From an uncultured Candidatus Cloacimonas sp. (GTDB lineage: Bacteria > Cloacimonadota > Cloacimonadia > Cloacimonadales > Cloacimonadaceae): a stretch of DNA of 64,000 nt. The notes under the pieces are model-generated. The model made no database searches. It was not told the origin of the DNA and saw only the letters and a list, made by a program, of their open reading frames with translations. Location: contig CAZSST010000001.1 in NCBI GenBank assembly GCA_964609575.1, positions 1,391 to 65,390 of the forward strand, given 5' to 3'. Positions 50,457 through 60,154 of this stretch are shown piece after piece. The translations under genes were made by a program, and so were the position numbers. Position 1 is the first letter of the stretch, and the number at the start of each line of letters is the position of its first letter.

Positions 50457-50715
50457 TGCAGCTTCCCCGCTATCCGAATTATACTCATCCAAGACTATAC
50501 AAATACATTTATCTCATCAATATACATAATTTATCTTGCCATGCTATCCACAGTGATTATTATAATAGGTACAGGCAGAAAATTCTGCTATTATGGCTTC
50601 ACCAAAAGCTGCTTTGGCGATACGTTTGTAATGAGATAGCGCCATTTTTGATCAAGGCGCGCGAGTGGGATACATATAGTATCATACTATGACCCGATAA
50701 GAAAAGGAGCTCACC

Positions 50716-51714
50716 ATGAAGATCATGTTGGTCTTTATTTTTTCGCTTAGCCTGGTGTTTAGCTACGCCGCCATTTACACGGTTAACAATCGCCCCAATA
50801 CTGATCCCGATTTTAGCTCTCTGTCTGCGGCTCACACGGCTGCTCAACCTGGAGACACTCTTTACATTTGCGCTTCTTCCTCTTCATACGGAGATCTAAC
50901 CATTAGTAAAAGAATCACTCTCATAGGTCCCGGCTACTTTTTGGAAGAAAATCCCCAAACCCAGGTAGGTAGTTTTCTCGCTATGGTGGATTACCTCAGT
51001 TTTGTATCCGGAGCAAGCGATACATTCGTTACCGGACTTCAGATCAAAAGAATCAGCATCAGTTCATCAAATATCACCATTACCAGAAATTATATCAGAA
51101 GTACGGATGGTTATTCTTCTCATGTTATCAATGTTGCCTGGTATCATACCAATATCGCCATCATCCAGAACTTCTTCTACTTCAATTATGAATATAATAA
51201 CAATGAAGGGTTAATAGAACTAACCGGTTACAACAGCGGAGTGCTGATTTCCAATAACATCCTTCTTAGCTACGAAGGAGCAAACCTCACAGTCAGCCCC
51301 ACTTCCAGTGCCACTATCGAAAATAACGTAATGCTGGGAGGAATATCCACTCTCAACAACTCCATCTTCCAGAATAACATCATGATCATGGGTACCTTCA
51401 ATTCGGTATCGGGCAACCAAGTACGCTATAATCTGGCTAATCAGGGGCAATTTGGCACCGAAAATGGCAACCAAAGTAACATTGATATGAATACGGTGTT
51501 TACCTACACGGGTTCCACCGACGGCAGATACGCGTTGTTACCTACTTCTCCCGCTATTGGTGCGGGTTTGAATGGGGTTGATTGTGGAGTTTTCGGAGGT
51601 GCCAACCCCTATGTGCTTTCGGGAATGCCCGCAAATATCCCTTCCATATACGAAATTCAAGCTCCCGCATCGGGTTTTGTACTTCCTGTGAGTTTCAGAG
51701 CCAAAGCACACTGA
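50716..51714 (+). CDS. Secreted right-handed beta-helix protein
   Basis: Signal peptide, AGGAG RBS, AQPGDTLY, ITLIGPGY, N/I-rich beta-helix repeats (ITITRN, ISNN, IENN), SPAIGAG. Confidence 0.8.
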   Translation: MKIMLVFIFSLSLVFSYAAIYTVNNRPNTDPDFSSLSAAHTAAQPGDTLYICASSSSYGDLTISKRITLIGPGYFLEENPQTQVGSFLAMVDYLSFVSGASDTFVTGLQIKRISISSSNITITRNYIRSTDGYSSHVINVAWYHTNIAIIQNFFYFNYEYNNNEGLIELTGYNSGVLISNNILLSYEGANLTVSPTSSATIENNVMLGGISTLNNSIFQNNIMIMGTFNSVSGNQVRYNLANQGQFGTENGNQSNIDMNTVFTYTGSTDGRYALLPTSPAIGAGLNGVDCGVFGGANPYVLSGMPANIPSIYEIQAPASGFVLPVSFRAKAH

Positions 51715-51727
51715 AAGGGCTAAGATC

Positions 51728-52888
51728 ATGAAGCCGTCAACGATCTTGCTGCTGATCTTATTGATCCATACATCCATTGGTTATGGGGGTTTGGTTACCT
51801 TCAAATATTATTGTAATGAGGGATCTTTTGCTGAAGCCAATAACATTGACTTATCGGGAGAGCAAAGCGTAGAACAGCAGCTTTCCGTAGCTCTGGGTGA
51901 GGTACCTTTGGGGATTAATCATCTGCATATGCGAGTAGAAGATAGCTCTGGCATACCCAGCCATCCACAAAGCTTGGTTTTTTATAAATCCATAAATGCA
52001 GAGCCCATACCCATCGTTGCTGCAGAGTATTTCTGGGATAGTGATCCCGGCTGGGGACAGGGAGCGCAAGTACCTCTGGATCAGGGAGTTACTATAGATG
52101 ATTTTGCTTATCTCGATTTAAGTGCGCTTGAAAAAGGCATCCATCATCTGGGCTTCCGGGTAAAGAATCAGCGTGGAAAATGGAGCATGCCCCAGTGGCT
52201 AATCTTCCTGAAGACTGACGAAGCACAAATGTCACCCGTGGTTGCGGCGGAGTATTTCTGGGACGCTGACCCTGGCTGGGGATTTGGTAATCCCATAGCT
52301 GTTACTCCGGGAATAACGATACACCAGCTTACAGAACTGGCTATGCAAAGTCTTAGCCCTGGCTCTCATTATCTGGGGATAAGGGTAAAAAACGAACTGG
52401 GCATATGGAGCTTGCCCTTATGGCATCAAGCCTATCGCATCCCTTTTTCCCAGCCGGATGAGATTACCGCTTTGGGATGGTACTTTACTGGTAATGCTCT
52501 TCCCATTGATGAAGAACATGAACTTCTTCCAAATGGTTCCGGGCTGCTGGTACAGGATAGTCTGGCCATACCGCTTACGAGCCTTGAGGAAGGTCAGAAC
52601 TATCTGCTGCATGTTTATGCGCTAAATAGCTCCGGCATCAGAAGCCATGAAGTTCTAGTTCAGCTTAGTCCCGATTGGACTCCCCGGCACCCCGTTCTGA
52701 ATTATGTAAATGGTACCATCTACCTTACTTGGGATCCGGTATCGGGGGCTGAAAGTTATAAAATCATGGCCAGCGCCTTGCCGGAAGGACCTTTCAGCTT
52801 TCTTGCCGAGGCCAATGAGCCATATTATCAGGATACTCCCGTTGCTAAGAGATTTTATCAGGTAAAGGCCATCAATTCAGGATATTAG
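51728..52888 (+). CDS. Secreted protein with ~75-aa EYFWDxDPG repeats and a C-terminal FN3-like domain
   Basis: Signal peptide; AAEYFWDSDPGWG and AAEYFWDADPGWG encoded 225 bp apart (52016, 52241) plus two degenerate repeats. Confidence 0.8.
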   Translation: MKPSTILLLILLIHTSIGYGGLVTFKYYCNEGSFAEANNIDLSGEQSVEQQLSVALGEVPLGINHLHMRVEDSSGIPSHPQSLVFYKSINAEPIPIVAAEYFWDSDPGWGQGAQVPLDQGVTIDDFAYLDLSALEKGIHHLGFRVKNQRGKWSMPQWLIFLKTDEAQMSPVVAAEYFWDADPGWGFGNPIAVTPGITIHQLTELAMQSLSPGSHYLGIRVKNELGIWSLPLWHQAYRIPFSQPDEITALGWYFTGNALPIDEEHELLPNGSGLLVQDSLAIPLTSLEEGQNYLLHVYALNSSGIRSHEVLVQLSPDWTPRHPVLNYVNGTIYLTWDPVSGAESYKIMASALPEGPFSFLAEANEPYYQDTPVAKRFYQVKAINSGY

Positions 52889-53950
52889 CTATTCGCTGCT
52901 GATGATCGCCGAGATCACATTCTCGGGATCTACTTGTTTTAAAATGATATTGATAGCCGAGGTCAGAGGAACGCAAATCAGCATCCCCACAATTCCCCAT
53001 AGCCAACCCCAAAAGATCAAAGAGATCAAAACCATGATAGGGGTTAGGTTCAGCCGGTTGCCTTGCAAGCGTGGCTCCAGGATATTCCCAAAAAACATCT
53101 GCGTGGCAATGATGAACAAACTGAAAAAAAGCAACCGCGCATCAAATCCCCCCTGCAAAAAGCAGATGATGATGGGTATTGCTGAGGCAATGATGGAACC
53201 TATATTGGGAATGAAATTTAGCACAAAAAGCAGTATCCCACACACCAAAACAAAATCCACTCCATAGAGCAGCATAAATCCCATTCCCACCAATGCGGTA
53301 ACCAGGCTGATGATGGTTTTTACCGTTAAGTAATTCTGGATTTGCTTTTCCACACGGCTGATGGTATCCGCGGTTTGTTCCTTGCTTTTGGAACTGAGCA
53401 CTTTTTTAAGCCGCATCCCCAGTTTATCCGCTTCCAATAGGATAAAAATCAGAAACACCAAAATCAGAAAGATGTTCCACATGCTGTCCATCAAGCCGGT
53501 CATCGTGCCTGTGATAATCTTCGGAATTGAAAGCGATCCCCCCGAAAAGAGCTGTTGAATATCGAGCAGGGGAATATTCTGGCTGGCGATATCGAGCTTT
53601 TTGGCAAAAGCTTCCCATTGCCCGTATCCTTGGTTCAGAAATTTTTCAAAGCGCAATTGATACTTTGGTAGGCCGGTTACAATGCTGTTCGTGGCGGTAT
53701 AAAGGATCATGGATACCAGCCAGAAGGTGATGGCGATGATCACCAGGGTAATCGTTAAAATCAGCCACATGGGTATTTTTTTGCGCTTAAGATACGAAGT
53801 AAGCGGGGCGAACATAAAGGCAAGAAAGGCTGCCAGAATAAGGGGAATAAAAATAGCTTTCAGGGTTTTCAGCACTATCACCACCACCGGGATCACCAGT
53901 ACGATCAACAGGCTGCGGATCAGCTTCAGCTCTTTAGTATATTCGCTCAT
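52889..53950 (-). CDS. AI-2E family transporter
   Basis: LNFIPNIGS, NILEPRL, WGWLWGIVGMLICVPLT. Confidence 0.93.
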   Translation of the reverse strand: MSEYTKELKLIRSLLIVLVIPVVVIVLKTLKAIFIPLILAAFLAFMFAPLTSYLKRKKIPMWLILTITLVIIAITFWLVSMILYTATNSIVTGLPKYQLRFEKFLNQGYGQWEAFAKKLDIASQNIPLLDIQQLFSGGSLSIPKIITGTMTGLMDSMWNIFLILVFLIFILLEADKLGMRLKKVLSSKSKEQTADTISRVEKQIQNYLTVKTIISLVTALVGMGFMLLYGVDFVLVCGILLFVLNFIPNIGSIIASAIPIIICFLQGGFDARLLFFSLFIIATQMFFGNILEPRLQGNRLNLTPIMVLISLIFWGWLWGIVGMLICVPLTSAINIILKQVDPENVISAIISSE

Positions 53951-54365
53951 GACGCCTCACAAACAAGTTTTGGCTAAGGATAATGGACAGCCTTTCCGCG
54001 TCAAGCAATATCCTTGCTCTCAGCTTGCATAGAACCTTGTGGCTTACATCTTAAGGATAGGTAATAAACCTTCTGAGAAATCCTTTGGAGGCTCATAGGA
54101 GGATATCATTGATTTGGAGAGATTAATGTATGCAAGGATTAATTATAGTGCTATGACAACGACTTGGTGGAGTCTATCTGGCCTCCGCTTGCATAATTCA
54201 TATCTTCTTGTTTAGATGCCAAATGGACTACACTGTAGGCGCGGCTGGGTTTGCTGTAGTCCATGCCGCCTTTAGCAGGATTGAGAGCTAAAGAATTGGC
54301 AGTGGCGGCATCGACTCCAGCAGTGTATGCAACATTTACTCCAGCAACACACATACTATACTTTC

Positions 54366-54453
54366 TGCCAAGAAGCATCCCTAATCCCACCTTCAACCTT
54401 CCCTCATCGCGACAAGGGAAGGATAAGGGTGGGAATAGCTTGGGTTGATGGAC
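54366..54453. repeat. Inverted array of 11-nt units (family A, copy 3)
   Basis: tgccaagaagc/atccctaatcc/caccttcaacc/ttccctcatcg|cgacaagggaa/ggataagggtg/ggaatagcttg/ggttgatggac; ends at the stop codon of the GLUG gene. Confidence 0.88.
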
Positions 54454-56595
54454 TCAGTTGCGCGCGGCTTTAACTATAAAGAACTTCTTTGAATCACCCG
54501 GCAAGGAATAGCTGTTTTGGGCACTTTCTCCCACATAAGTCCATTCATTCCATGGCAGATATGGATCATCAGCGGAGTAGATATGATAGGCAGTGATGTC
54601 TGCAACGGGCTGCCACTCCAAATTGATCTGATTGCCGCTAAAACTGATAAGCAATCCTGAAACGCTATCGGGAAGAGGAAGATCCTGCCAGCCCAGATGG
54701 GGATAGCCACTGTTTATTGCGCTCTGCTGATCATGACGCCAGATGTTTACAAAATCCCACGCGGAAAAAGTATCCAGGGAACCCGGATAGATCATCTGGG
54801 TATGAGTTCTGCCCTGATTGAGATAATCATTGGGAATGCCGGTACTATCGGTATCATAGTAGCACAAGTTGGTTAAGCTGCCATCGCTAACGTAGCCTGC
54901 CACCCCTCCATAAAAGCTTCCGCCCGGAGTAATGCCTATCCATCCGGTAGCATAGCTATTGTTGATAAAGGCGTTATTGCTGCCACCCACTATTCCTGCC
55001 ACTCCTCCCACATTCCTGCCTCCATATACGGATGCGCGACTGTAGCAGTTAGTTATATAACCCCAGGATAAGAAGCCTGTGATACCTCCTACGTTCCATC
55101 CGGCAACAATGTTTCCGCGGCTGGTACTCTGGCTGATGGTTCCCGTTATGGTTCCGCTGCTACTGAGAATTCCAACCAAGCCGCCTACGCTATCTCCCGC
55201 GGAAGGTATGGAAACATCTGCATGGCAGCGGTTCACCGTGCTATTCACCATTCTGGCGCAGATGGCTCCGGCATTGTTAGAACTTATCATCTGGCAGCTA
55301 ATATCCACGTCGTTTATTTCTCCGCCAAAAGCATCAGCAACCAAAACCGAGCAGTAGACCTTGCCCCATACCTTGGCACTTAGAATCTTGATATTCTTAA
55401 GCGTGGCATTCTGGGTATAGGCATAGATACCGTTGTAATCATTTCGGGGACGATTGATTACAAGATTCTGGATACTGTGTCCATCGCCGTCCAGGGTTCC
55501 ACTAAAGGGTGTGGCCGCCGTTCCCACGGGCAGCCAACCCTGGCCATGGTTCCAGATCACGGATGAACTGAGATCTATATCGTCAGTCAGCATGAACCAG
55601 CTTTGGGGAGCAAGGCTAAGCGATTGTAGCTGATTAGCATTGCCGATGAGGTAAGGATCAGCCTCGGTGCCTGTTCCCGTAAGTTCTGCCAGGGTTATAG
55701 TTGTAGGTAGATCCCATGTAGCCAATAAAGATAGATTTGGGTAGGAGACTCCTTCCAAAATGCTCCACCCAGTATCAAAATTCCAGGTTTCGTATGTGGA
55801 TTGCTGTTTCATTTGGGCAGTGGTTTTGGGGAATCCAGCACGATTAGTGCTTTGGCCGGAAGTTTGGTAATCCCAATAGCAGTATTTAATATCACCGCCA
55901 TTATGCCTGCCGATCAAGCCTTCTTGATAAAAGTTGGCGCCGCCATTCACGGCTCCGTTGCTGTAGCAATTGTAATAGTGGGCATAATCGAATCCGCTTT
56001 GACCCACAAGTCCCCCCACATTATCCGATCCCTGCACTGAAACCTGCGAAAAACAATTGGTAAAGACCGTATGGTAATTGGCAAAACCTACCAAGCCGCC
56101 CACATTGTTATTACCTGTTACCACACCTGTGGTAGAGCAATTATTTATCATGCTGCTCTGTGCTACTCCTGCCAGACCACCCGCATAAATGAAACCTCCG
56201 ATAGATAGACCTCGTAGGTGGATATTGTTCAATTTGGCTCCTACCAGATAACCAAAAAGTCCGGTGTAATTACTTACCGTACGGCTGAGATACAATCCCT
56301 GAATCTCAAATCCTTGGCCATCGTAGGTTCCGGTAAACCAGGGGGATACCATGCCCAGGGGAGTCCATCCCGCTCCCAGATCAAGCTGGGTGCTGGCACT
56401 GGCGTCAATATTGGCGGTTTGAAGGTAATGCAAGCTCCAGTAACCCGGAGACTGCCCAATCCATAAGAGATTATTGAAATTGGCAATTTGATAGGGATTC
56501 TCGGGAGTTCCTACACCTGCGGGTTGTTCTGCTATCTGGGCTGAAAGCGTTGTTGCAAAAAGTAGTAACACTACAAAAAATAGATTTTTCATCAT
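54454..56595 (-). CDS. Secreted GLUG-motif surface protein with duplicated domain and C-terminal FN3-like domain
   Basis: Signal peptide after GAGG RBS; two GxGTxxxPYxI...FxGTxDGxG units; many VGGLVG (GLUG) repeats. Confidence 0.88.
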   Translation of the reverse strand: MMKNLFFVVLLLFATTLSAQIAEQPAGVGTPENPYQIANFNNLLWIGQSPGYWSLHYLQTANIDASASTQLDLGAGWTPLGMVSPWFTGTYDGQGFEIQGLYLSRTVSNYTGLFGYLVGAKLNNIHLRGLSIGGFIYAGGLAGVAQSSMINNCSTTGVVTGNNNVGGLVGFANYHTVFTNCFSQVSVQGSDNVGGLVGQSGFDYAHYYNCYSNGAVNGGANFYQEGLIGRHNGGDIKYCYWDYQTSGQSTNRAGFPKTTAQMKQQSTYETWNFDTGWSILEGVSYPNLSLLATWDLPTTITLAELTGTGTEADPYLIGNANQLQSLSLAPQSWFMLTDDIDLSSSVIWNHGQGWLPVGTAATPFSGTLDGDGHSIQNLVINRPRNDYNGIYAYTQNATLKNIKILSAKVWGKVYCSVLVADAFGGEINDVDISCQMISSNNAGAICARMVNSTVNRCHADVSIPSAGDSVGGLVGILSSSGTITGTISQSTSRGNIVAGWNVGGITGFLSWGYITNCYSRASVYGGRNVGGVAGIVGGSNNAFINNSYATGWIGITPGGSFYGGVAGYVSDGSLTNLCYYDTDSTGIPNDYLNQGRTHTQMIYPGSLDTFSAWDFVNIWRHDQQSAINSGYPHLGWQDLPLPDSVSGLLISFSGNQINLEWQPVADITAYHIYSADDPYLPWNEWTYVGESAQNSYSLPGDSKKFFIVKAARN

Positions 56596-56940
56596 GGTCC
56601 TCATAATTATCACAGGGGTTAAAGCCATCGTTGCCGTTTCCGGCGGTTTTAACTGCTATATTAAAGTCCGCGAAGACCATGGCGTGCCAGGTGCCGGACA
56701 GGCTAAATGATTAGTTTCAAATCTAAATCGCCATAATTCACAAATGTCATTCAATGGGAAAGCTGTCAAGCAATAAACGCCGAAATGCTAAAAATAATAT
56801 CTTCGAGAGAAACAAAAGATTGTGCTTGACGAAAATTATGCACTTGGTAGTTTAGGCATCGTAAGCAGTGCGTGTTCATCCTGCTTCTTACAGCGAGTCT
56901 GTAAACTAATCCCGAGCATATAACAAGTGAGGAGTTTCCC

Positions 56941-57648
56941 ATGAACGAAATCATCAAATTCCTGAATCAGGTGGACGGTGGAATCGTTTTGGATGCTGCA
57001 ACAGGTCGGGGAGAATTTATCACCACCCTGAAACAGCATCTGAAAAGTTACATCCAGATCATTGGGATTGATGCTTCTGAGAAGTCTGTGGAGTATGCCC
57101 AGAAATTTTTCCCGGAAAATGATGTGGAAGTGTATAAAATGAATTTGGAGGATATCCAGTTTGCGGACAATTACTTTGATTTTGTTAGCATCTCCAATTC
57201 CCTGCATCACCTTCAGCATGTGGATACCGTGTTTGGCGAATTGCTGCGGGTTTTAAAGCCTGGTGGAATAATGCTGGTGGCGGAAATGTATTCTGATGGA
57301 AATCAAACTCCGGCTCAGCAAAGCCATATTTTGCTTCATCATTGGCTGGCGGAGGTGGACCGACTGCATGGCAGCTATCACCAAAGCACTTACACCAAAG
57401 CGGAATTGGAAGCTATTTACCACGATATCAAGCTGAAAAAAAAGGCGGTGGCAGATTTCTATATTCCCGTGGATGATCCAAATCGCAATTGCCAAAGCTT
57501 GCTGAAGAATTGCCAGGAAACTCTGAAACGGTTGGAAACCATGCCTGATACAGAAGAACTGCTGCTTACCGGATATAACCTTATAAAAAGAATTCAAGAA
57601 ATAGGCTGCGCCGGAGCCAGCAGATTACTGCTAACCGGAACAAAATGA
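56941..57648 (+). CDS. Class I SAM-dependent methyltransferase
   Basis: VLDAATGRG, IGID, FADNYFD, LHH, RVLKPGG. Confidence 0.92.
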   Translation: MNEIIKFLNQVDGGIVLDAATGRGEFITTLKQHLKSYIQIIGIDASEKSVEYAQKFFPENDVEVYKMNLEDIQFADNYFDFVSISNSLHHLQHVDTVFGELLRVLKPGGIMLVAEMYSDGNQTPAQQSHILLHHWLAEVDRLHGSYHQSTYTKAELEAIYHDIKLKKKAVADFYIPVDDPNRNCQSLLKNCQETLKRLETMPDTEELLLTGYNLIKRIQEIGCAGASRLLLTGTK

Positions 57649-57720
57649 TATGCAAAACAATAAGATAAAATCGGGATGGATTCTGCGGGAGCAGGGGCTA
57701 AGCCTGAAAGGAGAATAAGG

Positions 57721-58980
57721 ATGCTGATCGAAGACGATCTGTTTAGTTTGAACCAATTGCAATTAAATCGCATTGCGAAAAAGATAGGCCTTACCGGCTA
57801 TACACAATTGAAGGGCACGGAACTGATCTTCAAAATGCTGGAGTTTCAGGCTGCCCAGGAAGGTTTAGCCTTTGTAACCGGCTGTTTGGAAATTATGGAT
57901 GATGGCTTTGGATTCCTCAGATTTCCTCAGAATAACTACAATCCTGGCCGTGACGATGTTTATGTATCACTTACCCAGATCAGAAGATTTGGGCTGAAAA
58001 CCGGCCACATGATCAGTGGTCCGGTGCGCTCGCCCAAAGAAGGTGAAAAATACTACGCTCTGTTGCGCGTGGAATCCATTAATAATCTTGCTCCCAATTG
58101 CCTACAAGATCTACGCACTTTCGACGAACTAACGCCATATTATCCCACCGAAAGGCTGAATCTGGAATTTGATCCCGAGAATTATAACACCCGTATTATC
58201 AATCTCTTCACGCCCATAGGCAAGGGCCAGAGAGGTTTGATCGTGGCGGCTCCACGCACTGGGAAAACAACCTTGCTGCAAGATACAGCAAATGCCATTC
58301 TCAGCAATCATCCCGAAGTGTTTCTGATTGTGCTGCTGGTGGATGAACGTCCCGAGGAAGTAACGGAAATGAAAAAGATCCTGAAACCTGGGAACCGGGA
58401 AGTGATCAGTTCCACCTTTGACGAATCACCCAAGAACCACACCGCCGTGAGCGAAATGGTGCTGGAAAAAGCGAAGCGCATGATCGAACTGAATCAAGAT
58501 GTGGTGATAGTTTTGGATAGTATCACCCGTTTGGCCCGTGCTTATAACAATATCACTCCTTCCAGTGGTAAGGTGCTGAGCGGCGGTATTGATGCCAATG
58601 GGCTTATTAAACCCAAAAAATTCCTTGGTGCAGCACGTAATACCGAAGAAGCCGGCAGCCTGACCATCATCGCCACCGCTTTGATTGATACAGGAAGCAA
58701 GATGGATCAGGTGATTTTTGAAGAATTCAAGGGAACGGGTAACATGGAACTGGTTTTGGATCGCTCAATTAGCGATATGCGTCTGTATCCCGCCATCGAT
58801 CTGGTGAAAAGTGGCACCCGGCGTGAAGAATTGCTCTTAACAAAAAACGAAACCAATCGCATGTATGTACTGCGCAAATATTTAAAGACGATCAGCCCCA
58901 TCCAGGGGATCGAGACGCTGCGCAAGAAAATGCAGGCTACCCAAACCAATCACGAACTTCTCAATTCTATGAGCAATTAA
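57721..58980 (+). CDS. rho: Transcription termination factor Rho
   Basis: [47 protein letters not shown]; start after AGGAG. Confidence 0.98.
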   Translation: MLIEDDLFSLNQLQLNRIAKKIGLTGYTQLKGTELIFKMLEFQAAQEGLAFVTGCLEIMDDGFGFLRFPQNNYNPGRDDVYVSLTQIRRFGLKTGHMISGPVRSPKEGEKYYALLRVESINNLAPNCLQDLRTFDELTPYYPTERLNLEFDPENYNTRIINLFTPIGKGQRGLIVAAPRTGKTTLLQDTANAILSNHPEVFLIVLLVDERPEEVTEMKKILKPGNREVISSTFDESPKNHTAVSEMVLEKAKRMIELNQDVVIVLDSITRLARAYNNITPSSGKVLSGGIDANGLIKPKKFLGAARNTEEAGSLTIIATALIDTGSKMDQVIFEEFKGTGNMELVLDRSISDMRLYPAIDLVKSGTRREELLLTKNETNRMYVLRKYLKTISPIQGIETLRKKMQATQTNHELLNSMSN

Positions 58981-60140
58981 TGCAAATACATAATCCCCTT
59001 TCGGTTATGAAACTGCTCATGATCCTGGGAATGGTGCTGCTGGTATCAAACGCCATCGCCGCGGTACGCAAGGAATTTACCGAAGTGGAGCAATTGGTGC
59101 AAAGCGGTAAACCAGACGAGGCCACAGACATGCTGGCCAGTTTGAAGCCAAACAATGATGAGGAACGGGCCTTCATAGGATTCTATGCTGCCAGCCTGAA
59201 AGTGAAACGAGCGGAGCTGAAGAGCGGTTATGAACTGGTGATAAGTAAATATCCCCAAAGTGATTATGCCATGCGAGCCCGAATGGAACTGGCCAAACTT
59301 CAGATTCTGGATCGGGATTGGGATGCTGCTGCGGAAAACCTCGGCAAAATCAATTCCAATTACCTTATGGAACGCTTCTATTGGCAGGCATTAATCTATT
59401 GGTGGAAAGATGATTTCGCCAAGGCCATTGGCTCAGTGGAAAATTATCTGCGCCTAACTCCCAAAGGAGTTTACGCCGAAGATGCATATTATCTGCTGGC
59501 GGAATGCTATTTGGCGCAAAAGAAGGCCTATAGTGCTATCACCGCTTTAAACAAGCTTCACGATTTGGGCCTTCCCGATTTGGATCAACAGTATCTTAGC
59601 TATCGGCTGGGCTATGCACATGAACAATCGGGAAAGCTGGTGGAAGCAGTTAATTATTATAAACAGGCTTATGAACTGAATAAGTATTCCCAGATTGCTT
59701 ACACCATCGAAGAACGTCTCTTCGAAATGCGTTACACCAGCAAGAACATTGATGTCAGTTTCCTCTACCCATATTCCTTGTTGCAAATTCCGGCTGCGGA
59801 AGATAGCGAAGCAGTAAGCCCTGTGATTGCCTCGCCCCCGAAAAGTGCCACTTCAGCTGCTTTGCCACCACCTGATTTGGAAGCTCCCATCAAGCTGAAA
59901 GCCAAACCCCAAAGCGGGATATATATTCAGGCGGGGCGTTTTTCCCAAGAAGCCAATGCCAACAAGCTGGTGCTTAATATTCGCCTCTTGAGCCTGCCCG
60001 CGGTGTATTACGAAGACAATTCCGGCGGTAAAAAATCCTGGGTGGTGCTCTGCGGTGCCTACGAAACGCGGGCCAAAGCTGATGATGCGCGAAACCTGCT
60101 TTTAGCGCAGGATATCAATTGCTTCGTAGCCCAATATTAA
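58980..60140 (+). CDS. TPR and SPOR domain exported protein
   Basis: Signal peptide, TPR-like helices, C-terminal IQAGRFSQEANA...V.CGAY..RA.A SPOR domain. Confidence 0.85.
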   Translation: MQIHNPLSVMKLLMILGMVLLVSNAIAAVRKEFTEVEQLVQSGKPDEATDMLASLKPNNDEERAFIGFYAASLKVKRAELKSGYELVISKYPQSDYAMRARMELAKLQILDRDWDAAAENLGKINSNYLMERFYWQALIYWWKDDFAKAIGSVENYLRLTPKGVYAEDAYYLLAECYLAQKKAYSAITALNKLHDLGLPDLDQQYLSYRLGYAHEQSGKLVEAVNYYKQAYELNKYSQIAYTIEERLFEMRYTSKNIDVSFLYPYSLLQIPAAEDSEAVSPVIASPPKSATSAALPPPDLEAPIKLKAKPQSGIYIQAGRFSQEANANKLVLNIRLLSLPAVYYEDNSGGKKSWVVLCGAYETRAKADDARNLLLAQDINCFVAQY

Positions 60141-60154
60141 GCTTGTAAACACCG

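Noticed and set aside
50456..50692. 78-aa ORF after the GT9 gene
   Set aside because: No RBS or motif, AT-rich spacer; probably non-coding
54151..54396. 81-aa minus-strand ORF
   Set aside because: Starts inside the repeat array and has no recognisable domain
56670..56720. c-di-GMP-II riboswitch before the GLUG gene
   Set aside because: Only GAAAC and GGCACC fragments resemble it; the downstream AGTGCAACC pseudoknot partner is absent
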